Below, one piece after another: positions 1-8,144 of a stretch of 61,751 bases of DNA. The DNA comes from a virus. Its lineage: Duplodnaviria; Caudoviricetes. The number at the start of each line of letters is the position of its first letter. Positions within the stretch are counted from its first letter, which is position 1. The notes below the pieces were generated by a model, which had not been told where the DNA came from, did no database searches, and saw nothing but the letters and a program-made list of their open reading frames with translations. The position numbers and the translations under genes are program-made. The DNA is taken from the IMG/VR virus record IMGVR_UViG_3300012952_000024, positions 1 to 61,751 of that record; one strand, written 5' to 3'.

Positions 1-1
1 A

Positions 2-343
2 ACAACTTCTCCAAGTTCTATGCTTTCTGTTGCCGGCTCGCTTAGTCTACCAATATCGGCCAAAACCAGTGATTATACTGCAACCGGATCGGACTATACG
101 ATTTTAATAAACGCTTCAAGCAACAATGTTACTATAACCCTTCCGGCAGTTTCTGGAATTGCAGGAAGAATATATGTAATTAAGCGAGCAGACGGCAGCG
201 GAAACAACGCAGTAGTTGCTTCAAACGGCTCAGAAACAATTGATAATTCGACCGCTAATGTGATTTTGTCAGCAGGCCAATGTATAACACTCCAGACCGA
301 TGGTGTTGGGTGGCACAAGATAGCAGAATATATTCAACCTTAG
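2..343 (+). CDS. C-terminal part of a tail-fibre/structural protein, 5'-truncated by the window edge
   Basis: Frame is open from nt 2 (TTSPSSMLSVAGSL...). The pattern 'TSDYT..DYTILINASSNNVTITLP..GRIYVIK..SETID..ITLQTDGVGW' is typical of beta-rich phage fibre/baseplate repeats. Confidence 0.6.
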   Translation, partial: TTSPSSMLSVAGSLSLPISAKTSDYTATGSDYTILINASSNNVTITLPAVSGIAGRIYVIKRADGSGNNAVVASNGSETIDNSTANVILSAGQCITLQTDGVGWHKIAEYIQP

Positions 344-354
344 TAAAATAATGG

Positions 355-383
355 TTGACATTATTAGAAAACGGTGTTATATT
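355..383 (+). promoter_or_regulatory. sigma70-type promoter upstream of tRNA-Arg
   Basis: TTGACA (355-360), 17-nt spacer with TG at 375-376 (extended -10), TATATT (378-383). The tRNA starts at 394. Confidence 0.75.
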
Positions 384-393
384 ATATTATAAT

Positions 394-470
394 GCCCCGA
401 TAGCTCAGCAGGATAGAGCATCGGCCTTCTAAGCCGAGGGTCGTAGGTTCGAATCCTACTCGGGGTACCA
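394..470 (+). tRNA. trnR: tRNA-Arg(TCT)
   Basis: Cloverleaf: acceptor GCCCCGA/TCGGGGT, D arm GCTC/GAGC, anticodon arm TCGGC-CTTCTAA-GCCGA, T loop TTCGAAT, encoded ACCA. 77 nt. Confidence 0.97.
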
Positions 471-538
471 CACACTTTATCATTATCAATGTATGTTACG
501 AAGGAAAATAAAAGTTGGGATACCATTATGGTGACTTT

Positions 539-1003
539 ATGAGAAAAAGAAAATGTATTATGGTATCCGGGGGATTTGATCCGGTCCATGTTGGGCATGT
601 GCGTATGATTAAGGAAGCCGCCCGTAAAGCCTCACTAATAGTCGTGATTAATTCGGATGATTGGCTTATGAGGAAAAAGGGGTATGTATTTATGCCGTGG
701 GAAGAGAGAGCCGAAATTATTAGAGCAATTGAAGGAGTCGCGACTGTAGTTCCAGTTGATGATACGGACGGGACAGTGTGCGAGGCTCTACATACACACA
801 AGCCAGACTATTTTGCAAATGGCGGAGACCGAACCGCAAATAATACTCCTGAAATGCAAGTTTGTGCAGAATTGGGAATTGAGATGGTATGGAATGTGGG
901 AGGAGAAAAAATACAGAGCAGCAGTGAATTAGTAGAAAAACAAAACAAAGAAAAAGATACACTAAGTGAAATAAAACTAGTAGATGTTTTTAGCATAGAA
1001 TAA
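539..1003 (+). CDS. HxGH-class cytidylyl/adenylyltransferase (TagD/RibL-like)
   Basis: SGGFDPVHVGH motif, 'INSDDWLMRKKG..FMPWEERAEII', 'FANGGDR', C-terminal SSS. ATG at 539 preferred over TTG at 515. Confidence 0.85.
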   Translation: MRKRKCIMVSGGFDPVHVGHVRMIKEAARKASLIVVINSDDWLMRKKGYVFMPWEERAEIIRAIEGVATVVPVDDTDGTVCEALHTHKPDYFANGGDRTANNTPEMQVCAELGIEMVWNVGGEKIQSSSELVEKQNKEKDTLSEIKLVDVFSIE

Positions 1004-1014
1004 AAGGAGAAAAA

Positions 1015-1224
1015 ATGGCTACAATTAAAGAATTAACAGCAGTTGTCGAAGAGCAAGCAGTGCAGGTAGAGCGTCTGCGCGCGCGTGTTAGCACGCTAAC
1101 GGATGACTTATATCAAACGCGTCAAGAGGTTGAGAATCTTCGCACGCGACTGGCAGAAGACATGAAGACCGTAGTAAGCAATGTACGCGCAAATTTGGTA
1201 CCAAGCACCAATTTAGTTAGGTGA
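1015..1224 (+). CDS. small coiled-coil hypothetical protein
   Basis: AAGGAG SD, 69 aa, heptad-like pattern. Confidence 0.7.
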   Translation: MATIKELTAVVEEQAVQVERLRARVSTLTDDLYQTRQEVENLRTRLAEDMKTVVSNVRANLVPSTNLVR

Positions 1225-1240
1225 ACACTATAGGGTGGCC

Positions 1241-1627
1241 ATGAATATTCTTTTTTGGGGGATGATAGGGTTAACAACGGAAGTTGTTTTTACTGCAACC
1301 AGAAACCTTATCGTAGATAAGAAAGTAAATTTAATAGGCCACACTTCTTTATGGATGTTTCCAATCTACGCCCTAGGTCTTACTTATGGATTTGACTTCA
1401 TTGAACATTGCATTACTAATGATGTGATGAGATATATTTCATATCCTTTGTGGATTTGGGGCGTAGAATTAATTGTTGGATATCCAGCATCTAAAATGGG
1501 AATTAGAGCCTGGGATTATGGGTATTTACCAGCAAGATATCACTGGAATAGAATAATCAGTTATGTTCACTTTCCATTGTGGATAGTGTTCGGCATTATA
1601 ATAGAGGTGTTGAGAAGCTATGCGTGA
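1241..1627 (+). CDS. membrane protein, ABC_trans_CmpB/DUF1113-like
   Basis: About 4 hydrophobic segments. Motifs 'G..EV.FT', 'SLWMFPIYALG', 'WGVELIVG', 'WDY', 'PLW' match my recollection of this family. Confidence 0.6.
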   Translation: MNILFWGMIGLTTEVVFTATRNLIVDKKVNLIGHTSLWMFPIYALGLTYGFDFIEHCITNDVMRYISYPLWIWGVELIVGYPASKMGIRAWDYGYLPARYHWNRIISYVHFPLWIVFGIIIEVLRSYA

Positions 1628-2195
1628 CAAAACAAGAAGAGAGAGATACGATGAAAAAGCGAGAAATGCTAAGATTTTTCCTATTAGTCTCGTGTGCGTT
1701 AATTTTCAGTGCGACGGTAATCTTGGTTATCTTATTAGAGCCGCTGCTTGTTTCGGTGCTGAATGTGTCCATGTGATAGGAAAACTTCCTACGCGTAACG
1801 AACTAAATGGGACATCGGGAAGTTTATATGATTATATCAAAATTAAAACCTACAGTTCGCCAATGGCTTTTCTCGATTATATTAGAAGTAACGAGATTGG
1901 ACTTGTTTCTGCAGAAATATGTGAAGGTGCGGAGCCCATTACTACTCATAGTTTCGATTTTAGCCGCAACTTGGCTTTGGTCGTGGGTAACGAAGAATTA
2001 GGAATTCCCGTAGAAATATTAAAAAACAGCAAAAAAGTTTATATTCCAATGCCCGGCGTCGGATATTGCTTAAATACTTCACAAACTGCGAATATACTAT
2101 TATATGAAGTGGTTAATCAATTTCACAAGAGACAGCAAGCAATTGCTAATCAGAAAAGTGAGTGGGAAGAACAGGGATGGTATAACCTTCCATAA
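1620..2195 (+). CDS. SpoU/TrmH-family RNA 2'-O-methyltransferase
   Basis: SPOUT motifs: 'DGNLGYLIRAAACFG', 'LVVGNEELGIP', 'IPMPG..CLNTSQTANILLYE'. Confidence 0.88.
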   Translation: MRDKTRRERYDEKARNAKIFPISLVCVNFQCDGNLGYLIRAAACFGAECVHVIGKLPTRNELNGTSGSLYDYIKIKTYSSPMAFLDYIRSNEIGLVSAEICEGAEPITTHSFDFSRNLALVVGNEELGIPVEILKNSKKVYIPMPGVGYCLNTSQTANILLYEVVNQFHKRQQAIANQKSEWEEQGWYNLP

Positions 2196-2203
2196 GAGGA
2201 AAA

Positions 2204-2398
2204 ATGAAAGATCGTGATCTATGGGAAGACCATATTGAAGGCATTACAAAACAATTGTCAATGTCAATAGAAAAAGTAGAAATATTAGAACAACGCATCA
2301 ACTACTATGAAAGCGTATTGGCAACCTTATTACTAGCTCTAAAAAAGGGCGGAGTAATCGTCTCCGATCCGGATGGCGAACATCAGATGCCGATATAG
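2204..2398 (+). CDS. hypothetical protein
   Basis: GAGG SD, fits the gene packing, 64 aa. Confidence 0.6.
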   Translation: MKDRDLWEDHIEGITKQLSMSIEKVEILEQRINYYESVLATLLLALKKGGVIVSDPDGEHQMPI

Positions 2399-2407
2399 GG
2401 TTATCAT

Positions 2408-2770
2408 ATGTCAGATACAGATAAAATTATAGACGAACACATTAAATCAGAAAGACATCTAGTCCAAAGTATAGCGGCGGTTGTCACAAAAATAGCGCTT
2501 TTTATATGTATTGCGATTATTAGTGGTATGACTGTTTCTAAATGTCAACTTAGTGCAGAAACGATGGTCGCATGCGAGGAGGCTTGCGCCCGAGACGGCT
2601 CTCAAATGAAATCAGTAACAAGTAGAGAATGTGTATGCACAGAGTCTGCTTCCAATAATGATGATATTTGGGTGCTACCTAGACAATCAAACACACATAG
2701 TCAAAGAAGTGAAACAACTCTTGCTACGCCGGCGACCACAATTTCAAACAAAAGTGATTCTAATGAGTAG
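2408..2770 (+). CDS. hypothetical membrane protein with a small Cys-rich domain
   Basis: One hydrophobic segment followed by 'C..ACEEAC..ECVC'. Confidence 0.6.
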   Translation: MSDTDKIIDEHIKSERHLVQSIAAVVTKIALFICIAIISGMTVSKCQLSAETMVACEEACARDGSQMKSVTSRECVCTESASNNDDIWVLPRQSNTHSQRSETTLATPATTISNKSDSNE

Positions 2771-2788
2771 CAATAAAAAAACAGCAAT

Positions 2789-2865
2789 TGGGGTGAGGTC
2801 CTATCGGCAAGGATACCGGGTTGTTACCCCGGAGGTTGCTGGTTCAAATCCAGCCACCCCAGCCA
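2789..2865 (+). tRNA. trnN: tRNA-Asn(GTT), atypical (A8/U14)
   Basis: Acceptor TGGGGTG/CACCCCA, D stem GTCC/GGAT, anticodon arm CCGGG-TTGTTAC-CCCGG, T arm GCTGG-TTCAAAT-CCAGC, G73 plus CCA. 77 nt. Confidence 0.92.
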
Positions 2866-2889
2866 TTTAAACATATTAAGGAGAATGTT

Positions 2890-3150
2890 ATGAGCAACAA
2901 ATATATTTTAGAAAAAATCCCCGCCGGCACTTCTGTATGCAATTCAATCATGGGACATAATGATTTTATTTACCCACATCATGATGACTGTGTCGTTTTA
3001 TCAGAAGATATTACGGTTTCGCCTTTAGCTTTTGCTGGAGGCGGAGATTTAACAGCATACTCAGTAATTGGAACAAACCAAATTATCTGGGCTAATTCAA
3101 AGGATGTTATAAAAGTTGTGCAAGATGAGGTATCTTCTGAATCTGAATGA
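2890..3150 (+). CDS. hypothetical protein
   Basis: AAGGAG SD then ATG at 2890. The longer start in the ORF track overlaps the tRNA. Confidence 0.6.
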   Translation: MSNKYILEKIPAGTSVCNSIMGHNDFIYPHHDDCVVLSEDITVSPLAFAGGGDLTAYSVIGTNQIIWANSKDVIKVVQDEVSSESE

Positions 3151-3160
3151 CTAATTATAT
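3150..3160 (+). promoter_or_regulatory. candidate phage late-promoter motif ACTAATTATAT
   Basis: The same CTA(A/T)TTA core recurs in intergenic gaps at 32759, 56037 and 58198. Confidence 0.35.
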
Positions 3161-3177
3161 GCACCTAAGGGCAAATA

Positions 3178-4509
3178 ATGGCCAAAAAAACATATGTTAT
3201 AGATACTAGCGCGTATCTGACAGACGCTAATGCGATTTATAGTTATTCCAATAACGATATTGTTGTTCCTCTTAAAGTATTAGAAGAAATTGATAATCAT
3301 AAAAAGAGGCAAGATAGTGTCGGTGTCCAAGCGCGTAACATAATCCGAATATTTGATTCCTTAAGAGAAAAAGGTAATTTAGATAAAGGAATTAGAATAG
3401 CTAAGGGCAAAGGTATAGTAAGTGTAAAATCTTGCGACAAAGCATTAATACCTCACGATTTAGAGGCTAGTCATGCGGACCACATTATTATAGCTACAGC
3501 GCTATCTGAAAGAGCAAAAAGTCCAAGCCGAAAGGTTATTGTTGTTACTCGCGATATCAATATGCGAGTAATATGCGATTCGTTGGGGTTAAGTTGTGAA
3601 GACTATAGTCCAAAACAACTGGTAAAATCTGGCGATAGCATTTATAGCGGATTCACAGAGGTTTTAGTTGACGAACAAATAGTTGATCGATTTTATGACG
3701 GTGAAAAAATAACACTTGAGCCCGAAATCGCAAATAGTTTACATGCAAATCAGATGATAATGTTAATATCGAATGCAAACGAGAAAAAGACAGCTTTGGC
3801 AAGATTTGTGGGATCCCAAAAACCCATCCGCAGTTTAGAACATAATCGACCCGGCGTCTGGGGAATAAAGCCTCGTAATAAAGAACAGGTTTATGCGCTA
3901 GAACTACTCATGGATCCTGAAATCCCAGTTATATCACTGATTGGCAAGGCCGGATCGGGAAAGACCTTATGCGCCATCGCCGCAGGTTTAGAACAAATAC
4001 TGAATGATCCCAAGGGAGATAGAAGTAAGAGATATAAAAGATTAATCGTCTCCCGTCCGGTACAACCTTTAGGTAAAGATATTGGTTTTCTTCCCGGAAC
4101 GATGGAGGAAAAAATGGCGCCATGGCTTATGCCGATCCAAGACAACCTTCAATATCTCATGGGAGATGATAAAGCAACGCTGGAAATGTACATGGAGCAA
4201 GGAGTTATTGAGATCGAAGCCTTAACCTATATTCGGGGCCGCTCAATATCAAATGCATTTATTATTATTGATGAAGCACAAAACTTGACGGCTCATGAGA
4301 TAAAAACAATTCTTACGCGCGTCGGCGAAGGAACAAAAATCGTCTTTACAGGCGATATTGAACAGATTGATAATGTATATGTTGACTCGACGACAAACGG
4401 CCTGACATATGCTGTCGAAATGCTTAAAGAATATGATCTTACTGGACATATCACTCTTAAGCGCGGAGAGAGATCTGCTGTTGCGACACTAGCAGCAAAA
4501 ATATTATGA
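3178..4509 (+). CDS. phoH: PhoH family protein with N-terminal PIN domain (PhoH2/YlaK-like)
   Basis: PIN: 'YVIDTSAYL', 'VLEEID', 'ADHIII', 'VTRDINMR'. PhoH: Walker A GKAGSGKT, 'IGFLPGTMEEKMAPW', 'YIRGRSI', 'IIDEAQN', 'GDIEQID'. Confidence 0.95.
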   Translation: MAKKTYVIDTSAYLTDANAIYSYSNNDIVVPLKVLEEIDNHKKRQDSVGVQARNIIRIFDSLREKGNLDKGIRIAKGKGIVSVKSCDKALIPHDLEASHADHIIIATALSERAKSPSRKVIVVTRDINMRVICDSLGLSCEDYSPKQLVKSGDSIYSGFTEVLVDEQIVDRFYDGEKITLEPEIANSLHANQMIMLISNANEKKTALARFVGSQKPIRSLEHNRPGVWGIKPRNKEQVYALELLMDPEIPVISLIGKAGSGKTLCAIAAGLEQILNDPKGDRSKRYKRLIVSRPVQPLGKDIGFLPGTMEEKMAPWLMPIQDNLQYLMGDDKATLEMYMEQGVIEIEALTYIRGRSISNAFIIIDEAQNLTAHEIKTILTRVGEGTKIVFTGDIEQIDNVYVDSTTNGLTYAVEMLKEYDLTGHITLKRGERSAVATLAAKIL

Positions 4510-4517
4510 GAAAAAAT

Positions 4518-4546
4518 TTGACATTTGGTACAATGTTGGTTATTAT
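4518..4546 (+). promoter_or_regulatory. sigma70-type promoter
   Basis: TTGACA (4518-4523), N17, TATTAT (4541-4546), then SD AAGGAGA and ATG at 4565. Confidence 0.75.
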
Positions 4547-4564
4547 ATAAATAAAGGAGAAATC

Positions 4565-4897
4565 ATGAGTACAAATGAACTTACAAACCCAACGCTACAA
4601 CAAGCAGTGGATCCCACTACACCGCTCAAGGAATGGCTTGTTAATTATGTTGGACAACAACTAACCCCAGACTCTGGAGAAGTTACGGTAGAGATGATCG
4701 TCGATACAGTAGCTAATGAATTTCCAGAGTTTGTAATGGCTCTAGCTGAAGAAAACTGGATGCGCGGCTATTATCAGGCAATGATAGATGTAGAAGAAGG
4801 CACGAAGGCGATCAGACACGCTGTTGAAAACAGAGGAGCAGAAACGAGTGAAGAAGCTACAGGAAACGACACCACAACCGAAGTCGGAACAGAATAG
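4565..4897 (+). CDS. hypothetical phage protein
   Basis: Strong SD, 110 aa, conserved-looking 'EFPEFVMALAEENWMRGY'. Confidence 0.75.
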   Translation: MSTNELTNPTLQQAVDPTTPLKEWLVNYVGQQLTPDSGEVTVEMIVDTVANEFPEFVMALAEENWMRGYYQAMIDVEEGTKAIRHAVENRGAETSEEATGNDTTTEVGTE

Positions 4898-5603
4898 AAA
4901 TAATTTAACCGATTATATACGCGCCAAGAATGATTCGTGGTCGCATGACGGAGCTTATCCGCATAAAGATTATTATATATTTCACAATATTGCTCTTTAT
5001 GTGCGCACACCGTTACCCGAGCATGTAGATTTGCATCATGTGCTTCGCACAGTGGAAGGTCTATTGCCGCAAGATATTATAGAATCAACTGGCGTTGAGA
5101 TGATATTGATTGGAGAGTTCGAAGAATTAGCAGAGCGAGAAATTCAATCTGTGTGGAAGCAAGATGAGGGCACCATAATGGTCACAAATGAACAAGATTC
5201 AAATGAAGACATGATTGACGATATCGTGCACGAATTTGCTCACGCAACAGAAGATAAATATGGCTTCGAACTGTATGCAGACGACGCTATTGAGAGCGAG
5301 TTTCTCTTAAAGCGCCGGCATTTATATGATATACTATCAGCACATGGTTATAACAAACCCTTGCAAGATTATATGCATATAGGATATCGTCAAGAATTCG
5401 ATCAGTTTTTATACAAAGAGGTAGGCTATGAAAAGCTAGCCCATTTTACCATGGGCCTGTTTACATCTCCATATGCAGCAACATCAGTAAGGGAATATTT
5501 TGCTTCAGGGTTTGAGGAATATTTTCTAGAATCCGGTGATCGCACAACTTTAGGACAGATAAGCCCCGCTTTGTACACCAAACTATCAGAATTATTAAAT
5601 TAA
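4824..5603 (+). CDS. zincin-like metallopeptidase domain protein (start uncertain)
   Basis: HExxH 'IVHEFAH' with downstream 'YAATSVREYFASGF', as in anthrax-LF/MPTase-like zincins. Confidence 0.6.
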   Translation: MKTEEQKRVKKLQETTPQPKSEQNRNNLTDYIRAKNDSWSHDGAYPHKDYYIFHNIALYVRTPLPEHVDLHHVLRTVEGLLPQDIIESTGVEMILIGEFEELAEREIQSVWKQDEGTIMVTNEQDSNEDMIDDIVHEFAHATEDKYGFELYADDAIESEFLLKRRHLYDILSAHGYNKPLQDYMHIGYRQEFDQFLYKEVGYEKLAHFTMGLFTSPYAATSVREYFASGFEEYFLESGDRTTLGQISPALYTKLSELLN

Positions 5604-5620
5604 ATAAGGAAAACATTTTA

Positions 5621-6091
5621 ATGAGTGACCCAGTAGAATATACGATCAGGCTTGATCCGGCTTTTTGTGCCGTTTGGCTTGAGGCGACCATTAAGGGTCG
5701 CGATAAAAACAGCAAATATTGCTCTGTACGATGGAAAAAGTTAAACTCTAGAGCCGCGCGCGGAATCTTAATTAGCGAGGGTTATGAACCCGGCGAATGT
5801 CTTACGGATGGCGGAACAATTGAAAATTCGAATGGAGATGCTAACAGTTCATGGCAATTTAAAGATCTTAAACAAGAGCGAGATTGGCTCGAATTACCAC
5901 CAGCAGATCGTCGAAAGTTAACTCGAAAGCAACGCGCGTACAAGCGCGCACAGTTTGAAACAAACAATCCGGGCATCCATGTGAATTCATCAGAACGCAA
6001 GTCAACAAAAGCCAAGCCCGGCACAGCTTCAACTTCTGGCAAGCCTAAGCGAACTCCGCGTACGAAGAAAAAGCCTACCACAACAAAATAA
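5621..6091 (+). CDS. hypothetical protein with basic K/R/T-rich tail
   Basis: AAGGA SD, 156 aa. Confidence 0.6.
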   Translation: MSDPVEYTIRLDPAFCAVWLEATIKGRDKNSKYCSVRWKKLNSRAARGILISEGYEPGECLTDGGTIENSNGDANSSWQFKDLKQERDWLELPPADRRKLTRKQRAYKRAQFETNNPGIHVNSSERKSTKAKPGTASTSGKPKRTPRTKKKPTTTK

Positions 6092-6106
6092 ATTAACGAG
6101 TATAAT

Positions 6107-6877
6107 ATGCACATTTCATTTTCCGAACTAAAAGATTGGAATTTTTGCCCATTCTATCACAAACTTACACGCGTCGATAAAATAGAAGGTTTCACCGGGA
6201 ACGAATATACTGCATTTGGTTCGGCAGTCCACTCTGTATGTGAGAAAAAGCTTTTAAACGAATCGGTAGATGATGAATACTTTGTACAAGAGCTGCGTAA
6301 TAATATTGCCGAGTTAGACGAAGAATTAGAGATCAATAAAAAATTGGTTCTCGACATGGTATCTCAAGGCAAAGAACTGATCCCTGAAATTGAAGCAGCT
6401 GTAAAAGACTATTTTGGCGATTATAGTGTCGAGGCCGTAGAAATTTCTTTGATGGAGCCAATCAAAGGTGAAGATAACTATAAGTTTAAAGGCTTTATAG
6501 ATGCTGTTGTTAAGACTAACGACGGCAAGATACATATATTTGATTGGAAAACATGTTCATGGGGCTGGAATGCCAAGAGGCGTTCGGAACCTATGACAAC
6601 TTATCAACTTACTTTGTATAAACATTTTTATGCTCAAAAGACAAACACAGATCCCAGTAATATTGAAACTCACTTTGCTCTCTTAAAGCGTACAGCAAAA
6701 AAAGACAAAGTAGAGTTTTTTAGAGTATCAAGCGGCCCCCGCAAGACCGACAATGCACTGGATTTATTGCATAAAGCAATCGACAACATCAAAGCTAAAA
6801 ATTATGTAAAAAACAAGCTATCATGTACCGGCGGGTACGGCTGCAAATTTTATAAAACTGAACATTGTCCAGTTTAG
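6107..6877 (+). CDS. PD-(D/E)XK nuclease, Cas4/RecB/AddB-like exonuclease
   Basis: 'SFSELKDWNFCP', 'FKGFIDAV', 'IFDWKT', 'YQLTLY'. One N-terminal Cys plus three C-terminal Cys (candidate Fe-S staple). Confidence 0.85.
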   Translation: MHISFSELKDWNFCPFYHKLTRVDKIEGFTGNEYTAFGSAVHSVCEKKLLNESVDDEYFVQELRNNIAELDEELEINKKLVLDMVSQGKELIPEIEAAVKDYFGDYSVEAVEISLMEPIKGEDNYKFKGFIDAVVKTNDGKIHIFDWKTCSWGWNAKRRSEPMTTYQLTLYKHFYAQKTNTDPSNIETHFALLKRTAKKDKVEFFRVSSGPRKTDNALDLLHKAIDNIKAKNYVKNKLSCTGGYGCKFYKTEHCPV

Positions 6878-6887
6878 GAGAAAATAA

Positions 6888-8144
6888 TTGACAAAAAAGA
6901 CAAAGATTCTTACATTATCTGATCATCCATTTTCACCAAGTGGAGTAGGAACTCAAACAAAATACTTTATAACGGCGCTCCTCGATACGGGTCGTTATTC
7001 CGTTGTGTCATTAGGCGGCGCAATCAAGCACCAAGATTATACGCCAACTGCCACACAGGAGTATAAGGATGATTGGAGAACTTACCCTGTTGATGGGTAT
7101 GGGACTGCCGATCAGGTTCGCTCTGTAATGGCAAATGAACGGCCGGATGTAGTGTGGTTTATGACCGATCCTAGATTTTGGGGCTGGTTATGGATGATCG
7201 AGAATGAGATTCGGCCCTATGCACCGATGGTATATTATCATGTATGGGATAACTACCCATACCCCAAATTCAACAAGAAATTTTACGATTCTAACGACGC
7301 CATTTGCACAATATCAGGAGTTACGGATGATATTGTAAGGACACTCTCTCCGTCTGTAGATTGTTACCGAATCCCACACGCAGTGCCGGCAGACATATTT
7401 AGGCCTTTAGATCCTCAAGAAGTTACAAACTATAGGACACAACACGCCCAACTACAAAATGATAAATTTATATTTTTCTGGAATAACCGAAACGCTAGAC
7501 GCAAGCAGTCTGGCACTTTGATTTACTGGTTTAAGGAGTTTTTAGATACCATCGGTCGGGATAAGGCATGTCTAATAATGCATACGGATCCAAAAGATGT
7601 CCATGGGCAAGATTTAACTGCTATCTTAGAAGACACTGGCTTAACAAACAAGGAAGTACTGTTATCAACTCTCAAACTTGAAGCACCAGAGTTAGCCATG
7701 ATTTACAATTTAGCAGATTGCACATTAAATATCTCAGACGCAGAAGGTTTTGGCCTTTCTACGCTTGAATCACTAAATTGCGGCACACCGATTATTGCCA
7801 CAATGACAGGAGGATTGCAAGAACAAGTAACTGATGGAAAGGACTGGTTTGGAGTTGGTATTGAACCCGCATCCAAAGCTATAATAGGATCTCAGGATGT
7901 ACCATACATTTATGAAGACAGGATATCTAAAGAAGACTTTTTAGAAGCATGTCACAAAATGTATAACATGACACCAGAGCAGAGAAATGCGGTAGGAGAG
8001 AAAGGTCGCCAACATGCTTTAACTAATTTTGGGTTTGATAAATATGCCCAACGCTGGATTGATGCAATGGACGAGATCGTAGAACATCATGGTTCTTGGG
8101 ATACAAGAAAGAATTATCAAAGTTGGAATATAAAGAAGGTATAA
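6888..8144 (+). CDS. glycosyltransferase, GT-B fold (GT4-like)
   Basis: 'SPSGVGTQ', 'NRNARRKQ', 'YNLAD..SDAEGFGLSTLESLNCGTPII' (EX7E). TTG start with AGGAG SD. Confidence 0.88.
   Translation: MTKKTKILTLSDHPFSPSGVGTQTKYFITALLDTGRYSVVSLGGAIKHQDYTPTATQEYKDDWRTYPVDGYGTADQVRSVMANERPDVVWFMTDPRFWGWLWMIENEIRPYAPMVYYHVWDNYPYPKFNKKFYDSNDAICTISGVTDDIVRTLSPSVDCYRIPHAVPADIFRPLDPQEVTNYRTQHAQLQNDKFIFFWNNRNARRKQSGTLIYWFKEFLDTIGRDKACLIMHTDPKDVHGQDLTAILEDTGLTNKEVLLSTLKLEAPELAMIYNLADCTLNISDAEGFGLSTLESLNCGTPIIATMTGGLQEQVTDGKDWFGVGIEPASKAIIGSQDVPYIYEDRISKEDFLEACHKMYNMTPEQRNAVGEKGRQHALTNFGFDKYAQRWIDAMDEIVEHHGSWDTRKNYQSWNIKKV

Noticed and set aside
2631-2889. ORF 2631-2870 and the 5' extension of ORF 2821-3150
   Set aside because: Both overlap the tRNA-Asn; the downstream gene has its own SD and ATG at 2890.
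6101-6109. TATAAT directly abutting ATG (also at 48512-48520) as a -10 box
   Set aside because: Zero spacing would put the TSS inside the gene and there is no -35; probably AT-rich initiation context.
6107-6877. Cas4-like nuclease as a sign of CRISPR-Cas
   Set aside because: No repeat-spacer array or other cas genes seen; solo Cas4-like exonucleases are common in phages.
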